Assembly: GCA_951406725.2 (NCBI GenBank)
Contig: OX597820.1
Coordinates: forward strand, 15,624,001 to 15,688,000
Source of the DNA: Octopus vulgaris
Lineage: Eukaryota
Reading direction: 5' to 3'
DNA length: 64,000 bases
Shown here: one piece after another, positions 1 to 10,667 of the stretch
How positions within the stretch are numbered: position 1 is the first letter of the stretch
Layout of the letters: each line of letters opens with the position of its first letter
Made by a program: the position numbers and the translations under genes
The notes under the pieces: model-generated
What the model was told of the DNA's origin: nothing
The model's input: the letters and a program-made list of their open reading frames with translations, nothing else
Database searches by the model: none

Positions 1-58
1 ATTCTAAATGCAGAGTAGATAAAACAGGGGGCAACTGATGAAGGGATTCCCAGTAGAT

Positions 59-660
59 CAGGGATTGGCTAACCAGGGTAAAAATGGAATTCTTGAGTCT
101 AATGAGGACTCATTAGACATAAGTAAAAATTATATAAATCTAATCTATAATTATATGTGAAGTTATAAAATTATAAACTGGTGAAAATATTTAAAAAATT
201 TTTTTTAGATTTTTATTTTTATAATTGGAAGATGCCAATTAAAATTTTAGATTTTTAAATTTAATGCAATTATAACTGTCCATTTGTTATAGATTATATT
301 TTTATAATTAATTATTATTAGGAATTATATTAAAAATGATTGTTGAAATATTTTGCGTATTGCACAAGTGTAACTGATTTATTGCACATAAATTTTAACA
401 GCAAAATTTTATGCGGACCCATAAGGGCCATGTGGATTCCCAGTAGATCAGGGGTTGGCAAACCAGGGTAAAAATGGAATTCTTGAGTCTAATGAGGACC
501 CATTAGATATAAGTAAAATTATATAAAAAACATGTTTCTTCAATAAACCTTTTGAATTCAGAGATTCTATGATTTTTTCTCCTTTCAAAATCTAGGGGGT
601 AACGTCAGCATAAATAAATATATTTTGGGGCAATTGGTTAAAAAAGTTCCCTGATCCCTG
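59..660. mobile_element. Non-autonomous hAT (Charlie/Buster-type) element with duplicated left end
   Basis: CAGGG(A/G)TTGGC TIR-like starts at 59 and 449, and the right end ...ccctgatccctg at 660. The 8-bp CAGTAGAT (central TA) occurs at 51-58, 441-448 and 661-668. Confidence 0.6.
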
Positions 661-755
661 CAGTAGATAAACACTGGTTTAGACTATACTTAATATAGAA
701 TTCTTATATGTTTACAAGGCCTAGACAAGCATTTCCAGCTAGCAGACCATGCTAC

Positions 756-797
756 TCCAGACTGATGATGAGCAAAACTCAGAAACTAGTCTCTGGA
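756..797 (+). ncRNA. Minimal type I hammerhead ribozyme (Penelope/retrozyme type)
   Basis: TCCAGA-CTGATGA-TGAG(caaaa)CTCA-GAA-ACTAGT-C-TCTGGA gives stem I, the CUGAUGA core, stem II, GAAA, a palindromic stem III and a GUC cleavage triplet (789-791). Confidence 0.7.
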
Positions 798-1711
798 TGC
801 AGGCTTAGCTGGGTGGGGATGCTTGTCTCCCCCTTGTAAACATAAGGACACAGGAAATGTGTCAAGGCCGACAGGAAGCGTTAATGCTTCCTAGGGCTAA
901 ATAGCAGTAGTGTGATTCCCTTCATGGGACTGTCACATTAAGTTGACAGTATACAACTACTCTAATATATATCCATTTGTTGAAAATCTTTGTCCATATC
1001 ACCAACAATCAACCAAACTCTTCCTCTACTCAGAATCCTAGACTCAATACTAATTAGTTTCACCTTTGACACTAATTAAACCACATAGCCACTACTAACT
1101 TAGCCACTATTTCCAAATAACAAGGGAAAAGTATTATATATGCATTATTAATAATGAAACAGAAGAACATAACACACCTCTTTATTATGTATTGGCAAAT
1201 GGCTTCAGAATTTACTCAGAGACAATTTTGTAATAGCTTCAAATACCAAATATAACCGCGGGATTGCCAATGAATATTATTGATTAGGGAAAAGAAAGAG
1301 ATATATTTAATGCTAAATACTATAGCATCAAGCCAAAGATTAAAAGTTATGGACTATGAAGAGAATGAAAAGAAATATAAATTATCTGATATATTTGTTG
1401 TCAAAAGTATATTGGTATATATATCGGTTACTTTTCAAATAGCCAAACTAACTTAAACTTAATTCCCTTTATTCAATACCTGCAGGAAAGATATTAGCAG
1501 AGAGGGAATATCAGAGGGTCAATGTTGTGAGGAAATGACAAGTGCAGGAACTAGTGCACTAGGGTGGGGTGGCACCACTTTTGGGTCTGCTGTAGGTGAT
1601 ATGTAGTTTTTGTGAGAGCCTGGGGGTGGCAAACTGAAGGGCCGCTCTAGGCAGCACACACTCTAGGTATGCTGGTGGAATCAAGTGGCTGGGAGTGCAT
1701 GAGTGGAGGAA

Positions 1712-2050
1712 GTGGAGGCACGTGGCTTCATCATCAGGGTGTCAGCACCATGATCATAAGATTGTGGTTTCGATTCCTAGACCGGGTAATGCTGCGATGG
1801 ACTGGCGTCCCGTCCAGCTGGGGAACACATATGCCATAGAAACCAGGAAACCGGGCCCATGAGCCTGGTTAGGCTTTAAAAGGGTGCATTTATTTAAGTG
1901 GAGGCACATGGCCTAGTGGTTAGGGCAGCGGACTCGCAGTCGAGGGATCGCGGGTTCGAATCTCAGACTGGGCGATGTGTGTGTTTATGTAAAGATGTGC
2001 ACAACCACCTTGGACGGTTTTGAATGACCATAGAAAGTGTGAGCCCTCTA
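1712..2050 (+). mobile_element. Two adjacent tRNA-derived SINEs (family C, GTGGAGGCAC head)
   Basis: A/B-box heads (tggcctagtggttag...ggttcgaatc). Homologous copies lie at 14510, 15764, 47155 and 55775. Confidence 0.75.
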
Positions 2051-2618
2051 ACTGAAAAATTGTGAATTTATATAAAGGACACGTACACAGACAGACAGAC
2101 ATTTTGCCGTTTATATATATACAGATTTTATTCAGGTCAGTTTGAGTGGCAACTCTCTGGTGTAGTCCAGGATACCAGTGTTTATCAGCAGCAATGTCCC
2201 AGGCGTGGCAGCAGTACTCTATTGCAAGTCTCACTTGAGCTTGAGTGTCAATAATTATTGGGAGCTGAAATATTTTAAATCACAAAGTTGCTTAGTAAAG
2301 GAAATAGCTAAATGAAGTAGCATGCTGCACCAACAACTTCTCACAACAGTTTTAAAAGTGAGAAGTCATTTAGTAGTTTAGAATGTAGATATCTTTTATC
2401 TGTTTCAGTTATTAGACTATGGCCATGCTGGGGCACCACCTTGAGGAATTTTAGTCGAACTAATCGACCCCAGTACTTTTATTTTTTAAGCCTGGTACTT
2501 ATTCTATCAGTCTTTTTTACTGAACTGCTAAGTTATGAGGACATAAACACACCAACACCAGTTATGCAATGGTGGGGGACAAACACAGACATGCACACAA
2601 ACACACGAATAATATATA

Positions 2619-2828
2619 CAGGTTTGGCCAAAAGTCAGATGACAGTAAATAAAAATTCCATAAATGCTATTTGTAATTCTGTATTGACTCGAATAGAAAA
2701 ATGTGTCACTCAAGAAGGACTTCAGTTTCAACAATTTTCATGATATTTCATATTTAGATGCTTTTATTAAATTCATTCAGTTGTTAAACATAAATAAATC
2801 TTGGTCAGGTGACTTTTGGGCAACCCTG
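2619..2828 (+). mobile_element. Tc1/mariner deletion derivative
   Basis: TA-CAGGTTTGGCCAAAAGTCA ... TGACTTTTGGGCAACCCTG-TA TIRs. The internal NSVLTRIEKCVTQEGLQFQQF resembles a mariner transposase C-terminus. Confidence 0.7.
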
Positions 2829-2854
2829 TATGTATGTGGAATGGAATTAATGTA

Positions 2855-3078
2855 TAAGGAATGAAATAGATAAAAACCAGGCTACATATGTTTCATAGCA
2901 ACTGGAACCTCAGAAGTAATAAATATCCAAGCAAGGTGTATACCACAGGCCAAGAATCAAGATATCCTTGGCCTGAAGAGTAGCCTGCGGTATATACGTC
3001 ACTTGGATATTTACCATTTGTGAGATTCCGCTTGCTATGAAACATGTATAGCCCAGATTTTATCTACTTCATTCCTTA
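2855..3078. mobile_element. Foldback MITE (~95-bp imperfect inverted arms)
   Basis: taaggaatgaaatagataaaa...ccacaggc pairs with gcctgcgg...ttttatctacttcattcctta. Confidence 0.65.
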
Positions 3079-4324
3079 ACTCTTGAATTTTTAGTTACAT
3101 ATCTGGCAACACTGGCTGCCAACCATGAAATATAAGATTTTTTTTTTTCAACTTATGGTACTTTGATATGGGGAAAATTCACAACCTTCTGCCCCAATAA
3201 ACCACTACTGATCCTGAAAGTTGTTTTTTTATATTTTCTATGGATTGCTTGAAGCTCACTTTCTTCCTACACCTCGATCCCTGAATATTACATTTATATT
3301 TATATATATATATAACAGGTTCCTTTCTATTTCTATCAAACAAATCCACTCTCAAGGATTTGGTCAGCCTGAGGCTATAGGAGCCACTTGCCTAATGTTC
3401 CATGCAGTAGAACTGAACCCAGAACCATGTGGTTTGGAAGCATTAGTAAATCAATAGTATTTATATTTGCCAACTCTTCAGAGTTGACAAATCCAATTCC
3501 AACAAACCTAAAAATCTGAACTCAATAATGTAATGGACTCCAATAGATATTGTTGACCACCCAGGTTTCTGTACAATCTCCACATTATAATAGTGCAAAG
3601 TTCAAGAAGTAGGAAACAGGTTAAAATATTTTAATATTTCTTTGTCTATAATAATTTTATAAATCTGTAAATTTTTAATGTTAGCTGTCAAAATTTGCTC
3701 ATTTCCTTTTCACTGATCACAAGCCTTAATGAAAAAATATACAAAGAGCTGATAAACATAACATGACTAATATATTTCAATGTATTCAGTAATTATTCAG
3801 TCATTCTTCGCACCACACAGTCACACAAAACACTGACATATTTTGGCAATATCTAACAGCATTTTTTAACATTGTTAAATGAAATTACCTTAGTGTTTAA
3901 TGAATCTCACTTAATTAGAGTTAACAAAGACGGCACAATGTTTAATGTTTAAAAAGAGACATTAAGTCTCTGAAAGTTTGGAATTAGTGTCTTTAACTAA
4001 ATTATTCAATTTTCGACAGTAAAATTTTACATAGGCAAAGACAAAGATTTTGTAAATTTTCACATTATAAAATAATATACCACCCCCACACATACACAAA
4101 TAAAAGAAAAAAATAAACTAAATGAATCAGTGTCCTAGTAGAGTATTTAACAGTTTAGTAAGTGATAGGGATACAAAATAAGCATCCTTGGAATGAAATC
4201 AAAATGCTTGCTTGCTTCCGCTAACATATTATAGGTTGTCCTACATCTGTAGGATCTAACTCTTGGAAAACAAATGTTATATACAATAACAGTGAATCTT
4301 ACAATTAACGAGATTAGAATCATA

Positions 4325-4998
4325 GTCATTTTAATGCTTACTTTTTGATGCTTGCCAGGGTCAGATGGAGGTAACTGAGGAAGAGTTTCTACAGTCAGAT
4401 ACCCTTCCTGTTGCCAACTCTTACCTGTTTCCAAGCAAGGTAATATTTTCCCATAGCCAGACATGGTTTTACAAAATATTAAAAATTGATGACATTCATT
4501 TACAACAATCACACAATGTCAAAACAAAGGGACACAAGCATGTACACATTTACACATACATCATCATCGCCGCCGCCGCCGCAGCCACCACCACCACTAT
4601 CATCATCATTTAACATTCAATTTTCCATGCTCTCACAGGCATCCTATCACCAACCCTCACCTGTTTTGAAGGTAATATTTCTCTGTGACCAAAGGTTTTT
4701 ATGGAAGATTGGAAAAAAAGGTCATTACTTGCATGACAATGTCACTGACAACTATCACACAGTGTCAAAGCCAGGAGACAGCAACATACACACACGCACA
4801 TATATTCATCATCATCATCATCATCATCATTTAGCGTCCGTTCTCCATGCTAGCATGGGTTGGACGGTTCAACTGGGGTCTGTGAAGCTGGAAGGCTTCA
4901 TCAGGCCCAGTCAGATCTGGCAGTGTTTCTACGGCTGGATGCCCTTCCTAACGCCAACCACTCCGTGAGTGTAGTGGGTGCTTTTTACATGCCACCCG
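4325..4998 (-). mobile_element. Cluster of (CAT)n-tailed SINEs (families D/F)
   Basis: ctggatgcccttcctaacgccaacc motif and (CAT)n tails, shared with copies at 26410, 30825, 45802 and 53415. Confidence 0.65.
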
Positions 4999-5231
4999 CA
5001 CACACATATATATATATATATATATACATATGAATGGCAGTTTGCACACATGATTTGCCATGATAGATCGCTAGCCACTACACATTCTTTATTTTCTCTC
5101 CTTGTTTCTTTCTGTGGAAGAGCGTAGGCTGAAAACATTAAAGACATTTTCACTTCCCGAGCATTATACTAATACATCTGTTTGCTGTCTACGCCACCTG
5201 TCTTCGTCTTTTGTTTTTTGTGAAGTCTCCC

Positions 5232-5272
<41 letters not shown>

Positions 5273-6204
5273 TCAGAATGAGCTTCTTTCAGTTTCCATG
5301 TACCAAATTCACTCACAAGGTTTTAGTTGGTGGGGGAGCTATAGAAGAAGACATTTGTCTAAGGTGCTACATAGTGGGACTGAACCCAAAACCATATAGT
5401 TAGGAAGCAAACTTCGTAACCACACAACCATACTTGCACACTGATCATTAAAATATACAACTGCAGAAAACTTAATAAAGCTTAGTTCAAAAGAACATGT
5501 AGAATGCATGGTATATGAAATAATGTGAAAAATACTAATAATGCTCCATTTTCTAATGACAGTTTGAAAACATTCATGAAATGTCATATGTGAATCTAGA
5601 TCTGCCACAAATTGGATTTGATTAATTGACAATACTTTGTATGTTGCATTCCTCTACAAGCCACCCTTTTCTTGTATCACTTGCATTATGAACTCATTTA
5701 TTTCTCAGAGCAGGATTTCTTTAATTGGGTCCTGCAGAACTCAGTGGCTTTGCATCAGATATTACTGGTTCTGTAGCTGATTATAGAGAAATTATTCAGT
5801 CGGGCATTAGTAATTTTAAAATGTATGTAGATAATTATAATGGAACATTGCATATTCAAAAATGTTTGTATTTACATTTATTCTAATCAATGATCTAATC
5901 AGAATAAAGAAACATAGTCTACAGCTGTTACAACTAACACAATGACTGTTACACAGATATACATACAATGCTGTTAAAGCAATGAACACATGTTGACACA
6001 CAGATACACGTATATAGATAAGTAGGACTTGCCTGTTAGAGTAAGGAACAACACACAAGTGTGATTATACACAGACATACACAAGACATGCAATTTTTTT
6101 CCAACCAACAATGCTGTCTCACTCTTCCACTGTCTGTTACCCCTACTCCCACTACTACTACTACTACTATATCCAGTGATTCACATCCAGCCATCACTCT
6201 TTCT

Positions 6205-6590
6205 CACACACATACATGCAGATACACACACACACACACACACACATACACACACATGTATAAACATACCCATACACACATGCAAATACATACACACATG
6301 TAGATACACACATACACATATACATACACTCACACACACACATATACACATGCATATATACACACACATATACGCATATACATACACAAACACACGCATA
6401 TATATATATACACACACACGTATATATATACACACACACATGCACATACACACACATGCATACACACACAACACACACACACACACACACAACACACACA
6501 AACATAATCAAATACACATGTGTAGAAAAGTAATGCAGTTGTGCAGTATAGACTTCTAGACAGACACACAGACACACACACACAGACTTG
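6205..6590. repeat. Compound (CA)/(TA) microsatellite
   Basis: Directly visible; explains the HT-rich and CV-rich spurious ORFs. Confidence 0.95.
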
Positions 6591-6614
6591 ATACAAATTG
6601 CTATAGATTTTTTT

Positions 6615-6840
6615 TACAGTAACTCTTCCTTGAATAATAAGTACTCAGTTTTAATGTAAGAATATTAATTTTGGATATGTTCTGCTGAACTAGCGAAATC
6701 TGGCAATTCAAGCTAATACTGTACAACAATTTTCCATCACTTTCGGTTCAAACAACAATAAATCAGGGAACAGAATATATCTAAAATTAATATTCTTGTA
6801 TAAAAACTAAGTATTTATTATTCAAGCAGAAGTTACTATG
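6615..6840. mobile_element. MITE with ~70-bp terminal inverted repeats
   Basis: tacagtaactcttccttgaataataagtactcagtttt...gttct versus agaatatatctaaaattaatattcttg...ttattcaagcagaagttacta. Confidence 0.65.
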
Positions 6841-7269
6841 AAAAACCTCAATAAATTTACATTAAATCTGTATGTGTGTGTGTGTGTGCACATGCATCCA
6901 CACACGTGTGTGCATGTACACAAACTTACACAAGTCTATGCTGAACAGTTGCATTACTTTTCATCACCTGTGTATGCGCATAGCTATGCACAATAATGGT
7001 ACTAAATAGTTTACTATTCTTAACGCATATGTTTTCGAAGATAAATGTTTTGGGCAATTATAATTTTCTATCATCAATAAATAACACTATTTACATTCTC
7101 CCAGTGGATTCATAGTTTAAAAAAAAAAAAATTCAATAATAAATCAATTGCTAATGCATAAAACTTGAGCAACATAAGCTAAAGCACGAGATTATAGCCA
7201 GTGCCATCACAAGGTATGGGCATGCTGGCTAGTTGCCCAGGGATTCCCCAGGTCAAAATGAGACAGTGT

Positions 7270-7671
7270 ATATGGCTCAGAAACCTGGACGTTATCAAAG
7301 AAGCTTGAGAGGCGGTTGGATGGAACCTACACTCGCCTCCTTATGAGAGCTCAAAATCTCTCGTGGAGGCGCCATCCAACTAAAATGCAAATATATGGGA
7401 AATTACCACCTGTGTCATCTCTTGTGAAGGGTAGGAGAGTCCAGTTTGCTGGACATTGTTGTAGAGCTGAAAAAGAAGTAATTTCTACTCTTCTCCTCTG
7501 GAAGCCATCTACTCGCAACACCAGAGGGCGCACACTCTCCTACCCTGATGTAATCTCCAGGGATACAGGCATCCAGCAACAGGACCTCCGTAATGCTATG
7601 ATGGACCGTGAAGTCTGGCGCAACATGGTAAATTCCATTGTCTCGACCACGGTCGAACAATGATGATGATG
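7270..7671 (+). mobile_element. 5'-truncated RTE-clade LINE (3' end of ORF plus (TGA)n tail)
   Basis: Open frame YGSETWTLSKKLERRLDGTYTRLLMRAQNLSW...FAGHCCR...DREVWRNMV, typical of an RTE C-terminus. It has a (TGA)n tail and a degenerate TSD ATGAGACAGTGT/ATGGGGCAGTGT. Confidence 0.85.
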
Positions 7672-7874
7672 ATGGGGCAGTGTTAATTTATGTGTGCTGT
7701 GGTTGTGTATATAGGAGCCCAGTGCACTGTTTTGATCAGGAGCCTGTAATGCTCTTTTGATGGCCTGCATACAGCAAGTTCATCTTCAAAACCAACATCA
7801 AAATAGGGCAACACATGAAAACAACATAATGAAACTTTTGTAGCTTACAGTTTCATTAGGCCTGGTGATAAGAC

Positions 7875-8215
7875 ATGAAGGCACATGGTTCAATGGTTAG
7901 AGCATCAAGCTTATGATCGTGAGGTTGTGAGTTCGAATCCCGGACCGGGCTGCGTGTTGTGTTCTTGAGCAAGACATTTTATTTCAGGCTGCTCCAGTTA
8001 ACTCAGCTGTAGAAATGAGTTGTGATGTCACAGGTACCAAGCTGTATCGGCCCCTTTGCCTTTCCCTTGGATAACACTGGTGGTGTGGAGAGGGGAGGCT
8101 GGTATGTATGAGCGACTGCTGGTCTTCCATAAACAACGTTGCCTGGACTTGTGCCTGGGAGGGTAACTTTCTAGGTGCAATCCCATGGTCAGTCATGACC
8201 AAAGGGGGTCTCAGC
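7875..8215 (+). mobile_element. tRNA-derived SINE (family C-related)
   Basis: tggttcaatggttagagc...gagttcgaatcc A/B boxes, followed by ttcttgagcaagac. Confidence 0.7.
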
Positions 8216-8374
8216 ATCAGCATCAGGATCAGGTGACAAGACTTATTGTGGGATTATGTATTGAATGCAGAAAGGTTTTCTAAACGCACTTGAAAACCAG
8301 TTAGACTAAAGTGAAATCTAAAAACAATTTTGAATTTAAAAGATTTGAATAAAGAAAAGCAGCAATTCTGTTAT

Positions 8375-8770
8375 TTTACTCTTTTTACTTGTTTCAGTCA
8401 TTTGACTGCAACCATGCTGGAGCACCACCTTTAGTCGAACAAACTGACCCCAGGACTTATTCTATGTAAGCCTAGTACTTATTCTATTGGTCTCTTTTAC
8501 TGAACCGCTAAATTACAGGGACGTAAACACACCAACATTAGCTGTCAAGTGATGATGGGGGGGGGGGGGGGCGACAAACACAGACACACAAATATATGCA
8601 TATATACGACAGGCTTCTTTTCAGTTTCCATCTACCATATCCAATAACAAGGCTTTTGGTCAGCCTGAGGTTATAGTAGAAGACACTTGACCAAGGTTCC
8701 ATGCAGTGAGACTGAACATGGAACCATGTGGTTGGGAAGCAAGCTTCTTACCACACATCCACTCCTGGTG
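8375..8770 (-). mobile_element. Family A tRNA-derived SINE, full length
   Basis: Reverse complement of the 13621-14005 copy. Confidence 0.85.
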
Positions 8771-8774
8771 CAAA

Positions 8775-9660
8775 AAGAAAAAAAATGCTTTACTTGTTTT
8801 ATATGTCATTTGTTATTGTTTAGCAAAAACATGTAAAGCACATAGATTTGCTGAAAACTTAATAAAGCTTAGTGCAAAAAATCTGGTAGAATGCGAAAAC
8901 ACTAATAACGTACCATTTTCTAATGACAGTTTCAAAACATTGTCATGAAATGTCAGATGTGAACCTGTACTAAGATAGGTTAACTGAGATCAACATTCAC
9001 TTCAAAAAATAGAATAAGTCAACAGGTGACAATGCTGGTGTAGTAGTTTTGTGAGTGTACACGACTATATTTACGAAGGTAGCATTCAAGAAGACTTAAT
9101 CTACTAGCCTTCGGAGAGTTATGCTACAGGAGAAGCAATATTTAATCTAATTCATGACTGAGCTGCAGTAACAATAAGGGAAATTTTCAGGTTCTGTTGC
9201 AAAAATGAAAAAGGAAAATAAGAATTCTGAAAATATTCGCAAGTGTTTTTATTATCAAGCACTAGCAATGAAGCATATGCCTCAAGATTTGATTAGCTAT
9301 AAAATTAAATCGAGAACACTAAATGCAAGAATCTTCAGTTTATTTTGTGAAAATATGGGAAGTCTGCATAAAACTTTATTACTGAAGTACACTGGCTGTT
9401 GAGTGTAAAAATGTTGGCTTTGCTTCAGATTGCATGAAGAATATTCTTTTGAACTAAAAGATCAGTATTAAAAGGAAAAGATGGCAAACTTTTCTGATAT
9501 ATTCCCATACTTAAATGAGGTTAATCTTGCAATGAAAGATACTGATATGTTTCAAACTTATAAGTAAAATTAATGCACTTAAGTGTAAACTAAAACTCTG
9601 GAGTGACTACATAGCTAAGAACAATGTTGAGTGTTTTTAAAACCTTAATAGCTTTTGTTG
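8775..9660 (+). pseudogene. Decayed hAT/Buster (ZBED5/SCAND3-like) transposase
   Basis: Fragments AKTCKAHRFAENLIK, VPFSNDS, YIYEGSIQED, ATGEAIFNLI, IKSRTLNARIFSLFCENMGSLHKTLLL and SDIFPYLNEVNL, broken by stops and frameshifts. A second copy of the N-terminal part lies at ~5455-5600. Confidence 0.75.
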
Positions 9661-9699
9661 CTGCTTTGTTTTTTGATATCAAAAACAATTTCTCTCCAA

Positions 9700-10230
9700 T
9701 TCTATTCCCTTCAAGCCTTCAGGATCCACCACCTTGCATATGTACATGCCAAGTATAAAATACCTTCAGGGCTACTGGCATTTTAAGGAATAGACCCAAT
9801 ATTTCTTCTGCATGTTGTAAAAAGCAACTGAAAGCAGTAGGATTTGCACTCTGCCTTTGTAAAACCTCACCAGCAATGACTGCCCAAAACAGACCTGTGG
9901 ATTGGCAAATTGGTGCCTGAGTGGTGCAATGGTGTCATCCACCAAGAGTAAGGAATCGCCGAAATATTGGATGATGCAACAACACACTGTTACAGCACAT
10001 GACACCATACTACTATTACTACTACTAGAAAGGTTCCAAGCCCTGACAGTGCCTCTTCCATTATTCTCAAACATTGTACCTCAGTATACTCAAACTCTTT
10101 AGTCTCTCCCTCTCTACAAGAATCTAACAATCTTTGAAAAAATGCTTCAGTGTGACCCATTCCCCAAAAACGCAACCTCTCTGACTGTCATAGAGGCATT
10201 GAATCAGTGACAGTCCAGTTGAAAACTTGT
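9700..10230 (+). mobile_element. Highly decayed LINE (probably RTE) pre-RT fragment
   Basis: Remnants such as QDPP, GIDP and LWIGKLVPEWCNGVI resemble the conserved region upstream of LINE RT. Confidence 0.4.
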
Positions 10231-10280
10231 AACCAACAATACTATTATTCACAAAATGTGATTATATAAATATATATATT

Positions 10281-10667
10281 GCACATTATTTACATTATTT
10301 ACATTCAACAGAAATTTGTCCTCATCTTGTTTGTTGTTAACACGTTTTGGCTGATATACCCTCCAGCCTTCTTCCAGTGTCTTGGGGAAATTTCAAACCT
10401 GAGTTCTCTTTCCTAAGGTATATTTTTCAATGTTGTTGTCATTTTCATTGTTGTAGTTGTTGTTGTTCAGGTCACTGCTTGGAATCGAACTCGGAATCTT
10501 GGGGTTAGTAGCCTGCACTCTTAACCACTACGCCATATGCTCGTGGGCAGAAATTTCCCCAAGACACCCGAAGAAGGCTGGTGGGTATATCAACCGAACC
10601 GTTGTGTTAACAACAAGCAAGATGAGGACAAATATCCGTTGAATGTAAATAATGTAAATAATGCACA
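10281..10667. mobile_element. Penelope-like inverted pseudo-LTR element enclosing a tRNA-like head
   Basis: Inverted ~110-bp arms (10281-10392 and 10551-10667), each with a degenerate hammerhead. A minus-strand A/B-box head lies at 10467-10540. Confidence 0.55.

Larger units (their letters stand above)
2393..3442 (-). mobile_element. Family A SINE split by nested DNA-transposon insertions
   Basis: The tail part (2393-2600) and head part (3315-3442) match the other family A copies. They are interrupted by MITEs at 2619 and 2855. Confidence 0.65.

Noticed and set aside
1898-1975. tRNA-like sequences with A/B boxes
   Set aside because: They are SINE heads that continue into SINE bodies, with no proper acceptor stem.
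6061-6596. HT-rich and CV-rich ORFs (also 51084-51516)
   Set aside because: Translations of CA/GT microsatellites.
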